Positions 10,782 through 20,506 of a stretch of DNA of 64,000 nt are shown here, piece after piece. The stretch is from positions 76,506 to 140,505 of the forward strand of contig CAMJWS010000002.1 of the NCBI GenBank assembly GCA_946409515.1. Reading direction: 5' to 3'. The stretch's first letter is position 1. Each line of letters starts with the position of its first letter. A program made the translations under genes and the position numbers. The notes below the pieces were generated by a model, which saw nothing but the letters and a program-made list of their open reading frames with translations, did not search any database and was not told where the DNA came from. This stretch comes from an uncultured Bacillales bacterium. GTDB taxonomy: Bacteria; Bacillota_I; Bacilli_A; RFN20; CAG-826.

Positions 10782-11414
10782 ATGATTAAAGTGACACCTT
10801 TCATCTATGATGACTATGATGATGTTTACGCAAACACATATGTTTTGTTTGACGATAAAAACAATGCCGTTGTCATAGATCCAGGTAAAGATTACCCAGG
10901 AATCGTTAACTACATTAAGAAATACAATCTTAACTTTAAAGCCATTCTCATTACGCATGGTCATTTTGACCATATCCGTGGTGTGAATACGCTCTTAAAC
11001 GAATTTAAAGTCCCTGTCTACATCGGTTTTGATGATGAAGATAAACTCACAAATGTGTTCACAAATGGCAGCGCTTATTTTGGTGATGAAGTCATTATCG
11101 ATATTAAGGCAAATACTGTCGCGGATAATGAAGTTCTTAAACTCTTAAACGAAGACATCAAAGTAATCACAACCCCATATCATACATCGGGTTCTGTGTG
11201 CTTCTATCTAAAAGATAGTAATCTTCTTTTTACCGGTGATTTCATCATCCCACATAGTGTTGGCCGCTCTGATTTACCAACAGCGATGCCAAAAGAATTA
11301 AGAAACTCAATGGCAAAAGTTTTAGCGTTACCAAACGAAACAAAAATCTATGGAGGACACGGTCCTTCATCCACGCTTGAGATAGAGCGAAGAGTAAATC
11401 CATTTGTCAAATAA
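10782..11414 (+). CDS. metallo-beta-lactamase fold hydrolase (YqgX-like)
   Basis: HGHFDH metal motif. The start is uncertain (GTG 10776 or ATG 10782), and neither has an SD. Confidence 0.8.
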   Translation: MIKVTPFIYDDYDDVYANTYVLFDDKNNAVVIDPGKDYPGIVNYIKKYNLNFKAILITHGHFDHIRGVNTLLNEFKVPVYIGFDDEDKLTNVFTNGSAYFGDEVIIDIKANTVADNEVLKLLNEDIKVITTPYHTSGSVCFYLKDSNLLFTGDFIIPHSVGRSDLPTAMPKELRNSMAKVLALPNETKIYGGHGPSSTLEIERRVNPFVK

Positions 11415-11431
11415 TGAATATTTGATATAAT
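11404..11431 (+). promoter_or_regulatory. candidate promoter for efp (TTGTCA-16-TGaTATAAT)
   Basis: TTGTCA at 11404-11409 and an extended -10 TG-A-TATAAT at 11423-11431. Confidence 0.55.
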
Positions 11432-11467
11432 ATTCAAGGAATTTATTGAAAGGAATTAGAAATTTAT

Positions 11468-12025
11468 ATGGTTAATGTTACAGAATTAAGACCAGGCAAC
11501 TATTTCATCGATGAAAACAATTTATACCAAGTTTTAGATATTTTATTAAATAAAACTGCGATGAGAAAGATGGTTGCTAAGGTCAAAGTTAAAAACGTCC
11601 GTACAGGCACAATTAACGAATTAGCTCGTAACTCTGGTTACATGGTTGAAAACGTCCGTTTAGACAAAAGACAAATGCAATATCTCTACGATAGTGGCGA
11701 TTTCTTAGTCTTCATGGATCAAGAAACATATGACCAAGTTGAAATCCCAGTTGAACGCTTAACTTGGGAAAAACAATTCTTAAAAGGTGATGAAGTTGTT
11801 GAAATCACTTCTTATGAAGGCGAAATCCTCGGTGTCAACTTACCTGCTAAAGTCGCTTTAAAGATTACACAATGTGATCCAGGCGTTAGAGGTGACACAG
11901 TCAACAAGCCAACAAAGCCAGCAACATTAGAAACCGGCTTAGTGGTCAGAGTCCCATTATTCATTGAAGAAGGCGAAGAAGTCTTAGTTCGCACTGATAC
12001 AGGCGAATACGACAGCAGAGCCTAA
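11468..12025 (+). CDS. efp: elongation factor P
   Basis: 185 aa with a typical EF-P N-terminus (ELRPGN) and three-domain length. Confidence 0.95.
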   Translation: MVNVTELRPGNYFIDENNLYQVLDILLNKTAMRKMVAKVKVKNVRTGTINELARNSGYMVENVRLDKRQMQYLYDSGDFLVFMDQETYDQVEIPVERLTWEKQFLKGDEVVEITSYEGEILGVNLPAKVALKITQCDPGVRGDTVNKPTKPATLETGLVVRVPLFIEEGEEVLVRTDTGEYDSRA

Positions 12026-12039
12026 TAGAGGTAACCACG

Positions 12040-12252
12040 ATGGATTGGTGGCAAATTCTATTATTAGCCATCGGCATGTTTATCGTCGGTGGTATCGCGG
12101 GTTTCTTTATCACTCGTTATATCTTCCAAAAACAGCTTAGAGAAAACCCACCTGTGAATGAAAAAATGATTCGCGCGATGTTTAGAAGCATGGGTAGAAC
12201 CCCAAGCGAAAAACAAATTCGTGAAATCATGAGAAACATGAATCAGAAATAA
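12040..12252 (+). CDS. UPF0154 (YneF-like) small membrane protein
   Basis: One N-terminal TM helix followed by a basic tail (GRTPSEKQIREIM), as in the YneF family. Confidence 0.75.
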   Translation: MDWWQILLLAIGMFIVGGIAGFFITRYIFQKQLRENPPVNEKMIRAMFRSMGRTPSEKQIREIMRNMNQK

Positions 12253-12259
12253 AAATAAT

Positions 12260-12284
12260 AACACTCGTAAGAGTGTTTTTATTA
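12260..12284 (+). terminator. intrinsic terminator
   Basis: AACACTC-gtaa-GAGTGTT hairpin followed by TTTATT. Confidence 0.7.
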
Positions 12285-12352
12285 TGCCTGTTTATGCCTT
12301 AATAGGCTTTTAGAGCCTTGAAACACAAAAAGATAGCGTGTAATCTTAACTT

Positions 12353-12808
12353 ATGATCAAAATCCTTAGAAAAGCTCCTATATTATTCCTTATATCTATT
12401 TCTTTATTAGGATGTGCGCCTAAAGAACGAAGAACCTTAATGAATGTAGAAAAGAATAGTGGAATCAAATACTTAACTTCCGCGAAGATACTCTTTTCAT
12501 ACACAAACATCTCTGGTTTTGAAGGTAGATCTGGTCCTGTCTATTATGTTTTAGATTTTTCAAAGTCTAATAAGAAAGATGCATTTATTAATACATACTT
12601 TGATAAGACTGGCAAGAGCACTGAATTTGAGACAAACGTAAATGAATTTGTGGAGCAAAAATTAGTGTGGGTTTATAGTTCATTTGATTCTCAATATAAG
12701 CTAGATTTTGAGGCCTCATATTCTTATTATCAAGGCGAAGATTTGTTCATGATTTACTATCCAGATACAGATGTTTCTTACTTCTTGTATTACTACTTAG
12801 TTTGGTAA
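12353..12808 (+). CDS. putative lipoprotein, unknown function
   Basis: Signal peptide with lipobox LLG-C (ISISLLGCAP). I recognise no family. Confidence 0.6.
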   Translation: MIKILRKAPILFLISISLLGCAPKERRTLMNVEKNSGIKYLTSAKILFSYTNISGFEGRSGPVYYVLDFSKSNKKDAFINTYFDKTGKSTEFETNVNEFVEQKLVWVYSSFDSQYKLDFEASYSYYQGEDLFMIYYPDTDVSYFLYYYLVW

Positions 12809-12835
12809 AATTAAAGACACAAAATATAGGAAAAC

Positions 12836-12863
12836 AAAAAGCACTCGGTTATGAGTGCTTTTG
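12836..12863. terminator. bidirectional intrinsic terminator between convergent lipoprotein gene and plsY
   Basis: A-run, GCACTC-ggttat-GAGTGC hairpin, then T-run. Confidence 0.65.
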
Positions 12864-12898
12864 TCTATAATAACAAAGTTATTAACTCTACTAATTAA

Positions 12899-13678
12899 TT
12901 ACTTGCTTTTTACTTTCATCCAAGTGATTTGTCTTTCGGTTCCCGCTTTAATTCTACCGATGTTTGTGCGGTGTCTAATGATCAAAACGATGGAGATAAT
13001 TGTCATCAAAATAGCATAGACATAATTGCAGTAAAGCATTGGTCCCCAGTTAACAAAGAATTGCCAATATGTACCCACTGGAATGACCTTAAGTAAAAGA
13101 AGAATTGCCCACACCCAAGTAACAACAGCGTTAATGATAGAAGTGATGATACTCGCTAAGGAAACATAGCCGCTTCTTTTTAATGTGAAGTAATAAGAAA
13201 GAGCACCGATAACACCAAAAGTCCAAGATGTAGTCAAGGTAATTCCCACCATACAAGAGGCAGCTTTGCCACCTTTGAAGCCAATAAAACATGGATAAAT
13301 GCCACCAAGCATCGCACCAATTACCGCAACCCAGTAGACAGGCCATTGAATCATATAGCCATCAACGTTACCAGCATACATAGCGGAAGCACTTGGTAAT
13401 AATGGTAAACCATTATTAAGTGGAACGAATGTTAAGATTGCCCAACAGATATAAAGTGGGGAGATTGTTTTAAATACGTCAAAGAAGAATACGATAAGGA
13501 AGTATTTTTTACCCCATAAACGACCACAGTTAGTAGCACCTGGATTATGTGAACCAAATTCACGTGGATCTTGCTTAAATACCATTTTTCCTAATGGAAT
13601 TGAGATGTTTGCGCTTCCCATTAGGTAACCAATTAGCAAACAAATGATTGGCACCAATATATTTACAAATATATTCAT
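12899..13678 (-). CDS. plsY: glycerol-3-phosphate acyltransferase PlsY (long form)
   Basis: Polytopic membrane protein with a GSHNPGATN motif (GSGNxGATN family). Start set at MNIFVN behind GGAGG. Lies next to parEC as in Bacillus. Confidence 0.8.
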   Translation of the reverse strand: MNIFVNILVPIICLLIGYLMGSANISIPLGKMVFKQDPREFGSHNPGATNCGRLWGKKYFLIVFFFDVFKTISPLYICWAILTFVPLNNGLPLLPSASAMYAGNVDGYMIQWPVYWVAVIGAMLGGIYPCFIGFKGGKAASCMVGITLTTSWTFGVIGALSYYFTLKRSGYVSLASIITSIINAVVTWVWAILLLLKVIPVGTYWQFFVNWGPMLYCNYVYAILMTIISIVLIIRHRTNIGRIKAGTERQITWMKVKSK

Positions 13679-13774
13679 TTTTGTACCTCCAAATCGCACC
13701 TTTATATTCTACAAAATTGCTTTATATTTGCAACTTAATTTGTATATAATTAAGTCTTGCAAAGGGAAAATATA

Positions 13775-15718
13775 GTGTCAGATATCAAAAAAACAACATA
13801 TACAGCCGATGATATTCACGTGATGAAGGGTCTTGAGGGTGTCCGAAAAAGACCAGCTATGTATATTGGTTCAACCAATAGTGCAGGTCTCCATCATCTA
13901 GTGTGGGAAGTTGTTGATAATGCAGTTGACGAAGCTTTGTCAGGATATGGCAAAAAGATTTGCGTCACCATGCATAAAGACGGTTCCATTAGTGTTCTTG
14001 ATGAAGGACGTGGTATTCCTGTGGGTATCAATAAAGAAACTGGTCGACCAGCGGTCGAAGTTGTTTTTACTGAGCTCCACGCTGGTGGTAAATTCAATAA
14101 CGCAGTTTATAAATCTGCTGCTGGTTTACACGGTGTTGGCGCTAGTGTCACTAACGCTTTGAGCGAATGGATAGACATAAATGTCTATCAAAACGGCAAT
14201 ATCTACCACTTAAAATTCGAAAATGGTGGTAATCTTGTTGTTCCACTTGAAGTTGTAGGTACATGCAAGAAACATGGTACTTTGGTGAGATTTAAACCAG
14301 ATGCTTCTATTTTCTCCACAGTCGAATTCAAATGGGATACAATCGCTAGCCACTTACAAGAAAGTGCCTTCTTAATGAAAGGCGTGGAATTTGTTCTAAC
14401 TGACGAAAAAACCGGAACAGTTCAAAGCTTTTTATATGAAAATGGGTTAGTGGAATATATCAACAACGTCAATATTAATAAGAATCCATTATCACCTGTC
14501 ATCAGTTTCGCTGATACCGATGAAGAAACACAAATTGATATTGAAATCGCTTTACAGTATTGTAACGAAGACTATAACGAAACTATCTTCTCTTACGTTA
14601 ATAACGTAAGAACAAGAGATGGTGGTACACATGAAACTGGTTTTAGAGCCGGTATCACCAAAGCCGTTAATGATTTCGCTGAAACTTACAAACTTACCAA
14701 AGGTAAAAAGTTAGAAGGTAGCGATATTAGAGAAGGTTTAACCGCAGTTGTGAGCTTAAAAATCCCGGAAATGCTCCTCGAATTTGAAGGCCAAACTAAG
14801 GGTAAATTAGGCACTCCTCAAGCGGTTTCTGTCGTCTCTAATTTCATCTTTAATAAGTTTACTTATTACTTGCTCGAAAATAAAGAGTTCGCTATTAACT
14901 TGATCAACAAGTGTGTGGCCTCACAAGCCGCGAGATTAGCCGCGCGTAAAGCGAAAGAAGAGGCTAGAAGTAATAAAAAACCTAAACAAGAGGTCATTTT
15001 AAGTGACAAATTGACCCCAGCGCAGTCTAAAGACTACGCTAAAAACGAGCTTTTTATCGTTGAAGGTGATTCCGCTGGTGGTACAGCTAAGAAGGGTAGA
15101 GATAGACTACACCAAGCAATATTACCACTACGTGGTAAACCACTTAATACAGACTCAATTTCTATCGATAGATTAGTCCATAATGAAGAAATCGCAACCA
15201 TCATTAATACCATTGGTGCAGGCTTTGGGCAAAGCTTCGATATTGAAGATATTAAGTATGGCAAAATCATCATCATGACCGATGCTGATACCGATGGTGC
15301 TCATATCCAAACGTTATTACTAACGTTCTTCTATCATTATATGCGTCAATTAATCACCACAGGCCACATCTATATTGCGGTTCCTCCTCTTTATCGTGTT
15401 CATAAGGAAGATGGTAAAAAGGTCGTTCAAGAATATGCTTGGGATGACGAAGGCTTAGAACTCGCTAAGAAAAAAGTTGGTGCTGGTTATAAGATTAACC
15501 GTTATAAAGGTCTTGGCGAAATGGACGCTATCCAACTAAAAGAAACCACAATGGATCCAAAGACCAGATTATTGCTCCAAGTGGAGATTGATGATCCAAT
15601 CCTTGCAGAAAAAAGAGTTAACGTCTTAATGGGCCGTGACGCTAGTGTCAGAAGAGCGTGGGTCGAAGAGAACGTTGACTTCAATAAAATTGACACTTTC
15701 ATGAAGGAGGTAAAGTAA
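13775..15718 (+). CDS. parE: DNA topoisomerase IV subunit B
   Basis: GHKL ATPase (VDNAVDE, GLHGVG) and TOPRIM (EGDSAGG, DADTDGAHI). GTG 13775 behind AGGGA is preferred to the track start TTG 13757. plsY-parE-parC synteny. Confidence 0.88.
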   Translation: MSDIKKTTYTADDIHVMKGLEGVRKRPAMYIGSTNSAGLHHLVWEVVDNAVDEALSGYGKKICVTMHKDGSISVLDEGRGIPVGINKETGRPAVEVVFTELHAGGKFNNAVYKSAAGLHGVGASVTNALSEWIDINVYQNGNIYHLKFENGGNLVVPLEVVGTCKKHGTLVRFKPDASIFSTVEFKWDTIASHLQESAFLMKGVEFVLTDEKTGTVQSFLYENGLVEYINNVNINKNPLSPVISFADTDEETQIDIEIALQYCNEDYNETIFSYVNNVRTRDGGTHETGFRAGITKAVNDFAETYKLTKGKKLEGSDIREGLTAVVSLKIPEMLLEFEGQTKGKLGTPQAVSVVSNFIFNKFTYYLLENKEFAINLINKCVASQAARLAARKAKEEARSNKKPKQEVILSDKLTPAQSKDYAKNELFIVEGDSAGGTAKKGRDRLHQAILPLRGKPLNTDSISIDRLVHNEEIATIINTIGAGFGQSFDIEDIKYGKIIIMTDADTDGAHIQTLLLTFFYHYMRQLITTGHIYIAVPPLYRVHKEDGKKVVQEYAWDDEGLELAKKKVGAGYKINRYKGLGEMDAIQLKETTMDPKTRLLLQVEIDDPILAEKRVNVLMGRDASVRRAWVEENVDFNKIDTFMKEVK

Positions 15719-15721
15719 TCT

Positions 15722-18367
15722 ATGGCTAAGAAAAAGATTGATTTAGTTGAAGAAAATTACGTAGAAAATATCTCCATTCAACCTATGGAAGATGTCATGG
15801 GTGACCGCTATGCAACATACGCAAAATACGTCATCCAAGATCGTGCTATTCCTGACGTTAGAGATGGTTTAAAACCAGTTCAAAGACGTATCATTTTCAC
15901 AATGTTTAAGAACAATAACGTCTTCAATAAACCAACCAGAAAATGCGCTCATACCGTTGGTGCGGTTATGGGTACTTTCCACCCTCATGGTGATACATCT
16001 ATCTATGAAGCCTTGGCTAGAATGAGCCAAGATTGGAAGATTAGATATCCATTAATCGATTTCCAAGGTAATAACGGTTCTATCGATGGTGACTCTCCAG
16101 CGGCTTATCGTTATACCGAATCTAGATTAGCTGAAATCAGTAACGAATTAGTGAGAGAAATCGATAAAAAGACTGTTGATATGCAGCTTAACTTCGATGA
16201 TACCGAATTCGAACCAACAATTTTACCGGCTAGATTCCCTAACTTATTCGCTAATGGTACAGAAGGTATCGCTGTTGGTATGGCGACAGAAATCCCACCT
16301 CATAATCTCAGAGAGATTATTGATGCAGTTGTTTATCGTATTGGTCATAAAACAGCGACCATTGAAGACTTAATGCAGTTTGTTTTAGGTCCAGACTTCC
16401 CAGGTGGTGGCATCATCTACGAAAGTGAAGGCCTTAAGAACATCTATTTAACTGGTAGAGGTCGTATTGAAATTGCTAGTAAAGAAGAAATTGTTCAAAA
16501 CAAAGACAATCAACAGATTGTCATTACTGAAATTCCATATAAGACACAAAAGAACCAATTAGTCTTTGAAATCGATAAGATTATCCATAGTAAAGCAGTT
16601 GATGGTCTTTTAGAAGTACGTGATGAATCTGACTGGAAAGGTATCAGAATTGTTATTGACTGTAAGAAAGACGCGAAAGTCGAATTACTCTTACAATATT
16701 TAAACAATAAGACTGGTCTAGTATCATCTTATAGCACTAACATGGTGGCGATTGTTGATGGTCGTCCAAGAACTTTAAACCTCTTAACTTATGTTGATGC
16801 TTATATCGCTCACCAAGTTGATGTCATTACTAGAAGAAGTCAATTCGATTTAGATAGATTCCAAGCGAGATTACATATCGTTGAAGGCTTAATTCAAGCT
16901 TCTTTAAACATCAATGAAGTCGTGGAAATCATCAGACACAGTAAAGATAAAGCGGATTCTAAAGTTAATTTAATGAACCGTTATGGCTTCTCAAATGAAC
17001 AAGCAGAAGCGATCGTTACTATGCCATTATATAAGTTATCTCACACAGATGAGGTCATCTTAGAAAACGAAAAAGCTCAACTCTTAAAAGATATCGAAAT
17101 ACTCAAAGGAATCTTAGAAGATGAGAGCAAATTAAACCGTGTTTTAGTTCGTGAACTAAAAGCTATCGCGGATAAATACGGGGATGATAGACGTACCGCT
17201 ATCCAAGAAAAAGAAGAAATTGCACCAATCGATAAGCGTGAATTAATCGCTAAAGATGATGTGATGATTGCTTTAACTCGTGATGGTTACTTAAAACGTT
17301 CTACCCTTAAATCTTATCGCAGCAGTGGCGATAATCCTCTTCCTGGCTTAAAGGATGGCGATGAACTTATCGCTAGTGGCATGGTCAATACAACCGATTA
17401 TTTGATTTGTTTTACAAATCAGGGCAATTACATCTGTGTTCCTGTCCATAAGATGACAGAAAATAGATGGAAAGATGAAGGTGATCACTTAAACGCCTTC
17501 TCTACCCTTGCCGCTGGTGAAAAAATCATCAAAGGTTTAGCGGTTACTGATTTTAGAGATGATATTTATTTAGGCATTTTGACCAAGTATGGCCAAATTA
17601 AACGTATGCCTTTAAATATGATAGAAAAAGGAAAGCGCTCGCGCCCAATACGCAATATGCGTTTACTTAATGGCGATGAAGTTGCGGATATCCAAGTCTT
17701 ATCTGGCAATAGCAACTTACTTGTTTTAACAAGTAATGGTAACGCTACATACTTCAATGAAAACGAATTAAGCGTTCTTTCTAGCAAAGCTGGTGGTGTT
17801 AAATCAGTCGCTGGTTTAGGTAAGAATAACGCAGTAGCGTTAATTGCCTTTGATGAAGAAGAAAAGAACAAAGTTATCTTATTCACTGATAAAGGTCATT
17901 ATCGTATTCTCGATAATGCACACGTGAACTTAACCGCTAGATTGGGCAAGGTCCAGAATATCATGCCTTGCTTCAAGAGCGACATCCATCATGTGGTCAG
18001 TGCCTTCAAGCTCAATACTAAGGCAGATTTATTAAAAATAAATCTCTTCTTAAATAGCAATGAATACTTTGCCTTTGATTTGACTGATTTCTATTTAACA
18101 GACTTAGCTAAATACGCAAAGAAGAACATTGAGATTCCAGCAAAAACACAAATCGATAGTGTCGTAGACACTAACATCGAAATCATCAACAAGAACACTG
18201 TTTCTCATCCAATCACCATTAAAGAAAAAGTCCCACAACCTGTTATTGATGGCGAAGATAATGATGATGGTGATGAAGTAGAAGAAACAGTCACCCCAGT
18301 CAAAGAAGAGAAACCTGACAGAGAAGGCTTTGAACAGATCTCAATATTTGACGATTTAGATGATTAA
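15722..18367 (+). CDS. parC: DNA topoisomerase IV subunit A
   Basis: Active-site region AAYRYTESRL. I saw no GyrA-box (QRRGGKG-like) in the C-terminal domain. Acidic tail. Confidence 0.88.
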   Translation: MAKKKIDLVEENYVENISIQPMEDVMGDRYATYAKYVIQDRAIPDVRDGLKPVQRRIIFTMFKNNNVFNKPTRKCAHTVGAVMGTFHPHGDTSIYEALARMSQDWKIRYPLIDFQGNNGSIDGDSPAAYRYTESRLAEISNELVREIDKKTVDMQLNFDDTEFEPTILPARFPNLFANGTEGIAVGMATEIPPHNLREIIDAVVYRIGHKTATIEDLMQFVLGPDFPGGGIIYESEGLKNIYLTGRGRIEIASKEEIVQNKDNQQIVITEIPYKTQKNQLVFEIDKIIHSKAVDGLLEVRDESDWKGIRIVIDCKKDAKVELLLQYLNNKTGLVSSYSTNMVAIVDGRPRTLNLLTYVDAYIAHQVDVITRRSQFDLDRFQARLHIVEGLIQASLNINEVVEIIRHSKDKADSKVNLMNRYGFSNEQAEAIVTMPLYKLSHTDEVILENEKAQLLKDIEILKGILEDESKLNRVLVRELKAIADKYGDDRRTAIQEKEEIAPIDKRELIAKDDVMIALTRDGYLKRSTLKSYRSSGDNPLPGLKDGDELIASGMVNTTDYLICFTNQGNYICVPVHKMTENRWKDEGDHLNAFSTLAAGEKIIKGLAVTDFRDDIYLGILTKYGQIKRMPLNMIEKGKRSRPIRNMRLLNGDEVADIQVLSGNSNLLVLTSNGNATYFNENELSVLSSKAGGVKSVAGLGKNNAVALIAFDEEEKNKVILFTDKGHYRILDNAHVNLTARLGKVQNIMPCFKSDIHHVVSAFKLNTKADLLKINLFLNSNEYFAFDLTDFYLTDLAKYAKKNIEIPAKTQIDSVVDTNIEIINKNTVSHPITIKEKVPQPVIDGEDNDDGDEVEETVTPVKEEKPDREGFEQISIFDDLDD

Positions 18368-18443
18368 TAGCGTAGTATATAACTAGTAAATATTTAGTAA
18401 AACATATAACAAAGTTATATATCAAAAGTATATCTAAAGAGAA

Positions 18444-18466
18444 AGTCTCCAAAAGAGGCTTTTTTC
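18444..18466 (+). terminator. weak intrinsic terminator after parC
   Basis: AGTCTC-caaaa-GAGGCT (one G-U pair) followed by T5-6. Confidence 0.4.
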
Positions 18467-18490
18467 TTATCTTATAATTAACTATAAGTT

Positions 18491-18517
18491 TGTGAGAAAA
18501 ATTAAATTATTCTCACA
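18491..18517. promoter_or_regulatory. perfect 8-bp inverted repeat TGTGAGAA-N11-TTCTCACA upstream of yqeG
   Basis: Read directly from the sequence. It lies 13 nt downstream of a TATAAT (18473-18478) and 40 nt upstream of the yqeG ATG. Confidence 0.4.
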
Positions 18518-18556
18518 GTTAAAGGCCTTTTTAAGGTATTATTTATTCAGATAAAT

Positions 18557-19093
18557 ATGTTCAGCAAATTCATTCCATTCGCACACGCCCAATCCATCTA
18601 CGAAGTCCCTGTTGATTTCTACAAGAAACAAGGCGTTAGTGTCCTTTTAATCGACTTGGATAATACGTTGGACAGTTATCTCTTATTGACTCCAACAGAT
18701 AGAGCGGTCAAATTAATCAAAGCTCTAAAAGAGACTGGTCTTAAAGTCATCATCGTCTCTAATAATCGCGGCAAGCGCGTGACTTCATACGCTAACGCGA
18801 TTGGATGCGCATTCATTAACTCCGCTCGTAAGCCATTCTCTGGCAAGATTAGAAAGTTCCTTAAGGAAAATAACTATAAGCCAGAAGAAACAATGCTTGT
18901 TGGTGATCAAATGATGACTGATGTACTTGCGGCTAAAGGCGCTCATATACGCGTCATGTTAACCGAGAAAGTCGTCAAAGAAGACCAATTTACCACCCAT
19001 TTCAATCGTTTATTAGATAGACCGATTAGAAAACATCTAAAGAAAAAAGGCAAGTTGCCAGATTGGAGAACAAAGTATGGGCAAACAGAGTAG
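18557..19093 (+). CDS. YqeG-family HAD phosphatase
   Basis: HAD motif I DLDNTL and GDQMMTD. First gene of a yqeG-yqeH-yhbY-nadD-yqeK type cluster. Confidence 0.8.
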   Translation: MFSKFIPFAHAQSIYEVPVDFYKKQGVSVLLIDLDNTLDSYLLLTPTDRAVKLIKALKETGLKVIIVSNNRGKRVTSYANAIGCAFINSARKPFSGKIRKFLKENNYKPEETMLVGDQMMTDVLAAKGAHIRVMLTEKVVKEDQFTTHFNRLLDRPIRKHLKKKGKLPDWRTKYGQTE

Positions 19094-20216
19094 AGTATTA
19101 CGTTGTTATCACTGTGGTGCGATCTTACAATGTGAAAACGAAAATGAAAAAGGCTATATCATTCCTGAATCATTACATAGAGCGACACCGATCCAAATCA
19201 TTTATTGTGATAAATGTTTTGAAACAATGAAAGCTTTCAATAATAGTGAGCTTGAGCAACAGGTTGACCAAGAAGTCTTAAAGATTCTTGATGACGCCTA
19301 CGCGACAGACGCACTTATTATCTGGGTCGTTGACTTGTTCTCATTCAACGGCACTCTTAATAGTGAAATCGCTAAGAAAGTGAAGAAGTTAAACGTTATT
19401 GTCGTTGGCAATAAACGTGACTTATTCCCTGCAAATGTTAAAGATGAAAGTTTGATGGAATATCTTGCGGATAGATTTACTGCCTATGGCATCAAACCAA
19501 AATCAGTTAGATTATTAGGCGCTACCAACAAGATTGATTCTAAAGAATTAATCGATGCCATGAATACCGCTAGAAAAGGTCATGACGTTTACATGATTGG
19601 TAATTCCACATCTGGTAAGACTTCTATTATTAATAGAGCGATGAAAGGTTTTGAAAATAAAACAACCAGACAAATCAAAACCATTACTTACCCAGGCACA
19701 AGCGTGAACGTGCTAGAAATCCCATTATCCCGTTCTTCATTCTTCTATGAATTACCAGGTATTTCTCAAACCACATCCGCGACAGGCAAATTAGAAAAAG
19801 ATGTCATTAGACAAATCGTTCCTAAGAAGATGGTCAAAGTTATCACCCGTTCAATGAGCGCTGGTGACGCGCTTATGGTTGGCTCTTTAGCGGCCTTTGA
19901 AGTCATTAAAGGTAAAACCACTAACTATCGTTTCTATTCCGCAGAAGGCGTGGAAACAAGAAAAGTCCAATCCAAGAAGTTAGATGACTACATCAATGAA
20001 AACAATATCCGTCGTTTTGCTAGACCAGTCTCTGAAAGATTAGTCAGCTTCTTAGACTATGATATGTTTGAATATGCGATGGAAAATGATAAGAAATGGC
20101 ACGATATTGCCATCGAAGGCTTAGGCTGGTTATCATTCATCGCCCAAGGACAAATGATTCGTGTACGCTTACCTAAGGGCGTTGCACTCAAAGAAAGTAT
20201 CGCAAAGATTAAATAA
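19077..20216 (+). CDS. yqeH: ribosome biogenesis GTPase YqeH (circularly permuted)
   Basis: N-terminal CxxC...CxxC. G4 NKRD precedes G1 GNSTSGKTS. Confidence 0.85.
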   Translation: MGKQSRVLRCYHCGAILQCENENEKGYIIPESLHRATPIQIIYCDKCFETMKAFNNSELEQQVDQEVLKILDDAYATDALIIWVVDLFSFNGTLNSEIAKKVKKLNVIVVGNKRDLFPANVKDESLMEYLADRFTAYGIKPKSVRLLGATNKIDSKELIDAMNTARKGHDVYMIGNSTSGKTSIINRAMKGFENKTTRQIKTITYPGTSVNVLEIPLSRSSFFYELPGISQTTSATGKLEKDVIRQIVPKKMVKVITRSMSAGDALMVGSLAAFEVIKGKTTNYRFYSAEGVETRKVQSKKLDDYINENNIRRFARPVSERLVSFLDYDMFEYAMENDKKWHDIAIEGLGWLSFIAQGQMIRVRLPKGVALKESIAKIK

Positions 20217-20218
20217 CT

Positions 20219-20506
20219 ATGTTAACACCAAAACAAAAACGTGATTTGAAGGCTTTAGCCTCAACCTTAACCATTCGTTACCAAATCGGTAAAAACGAAA
20301 TATCCCAAACTCTTATCGATATGCTCGATAAAGCTTTAACAGCGCATGAATTAATCAAGATTGATGTGATGAAAGGTTGCTCTCTTCCAATTATGGAAGT
20401 AGCGATTGATATCTCTAACAAGTTAAACGCTGAACTCGTTCATGTCATGGGTAGAGTTATCATCCTATTCCGCAGGAATAAAGAGAATCCAAAAATCAAA
20501 CTATAA
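20219..20506 (+). CDS. yhbY: YhbY/CRS1-type RNA-binding protein (YqeI)
   Basis: 95 aa with an LTPKQKRDLKA N-terminus typical of the CRM domain. Synteny. Confidence 0.8.
   Translation: MLTPKQKRDLKALASTLTIRYQIGKNEISQTLIDMLDKALTAHELIKIDVMKGCSLPIMEVAIDISNKLNAELVHVMGRVIILFRRNKENPKIKL

Noticed and set aside
13757-18367. Calling the type II topoisomerase pair gyrB/gyrA.
   Set aside because: There is no recognisable GyrA box in the A-subunit C-terminal domain. The pair sits next to plsY as parE-parC does in Bacillus, and not next to dnaA, dnaN or recF.
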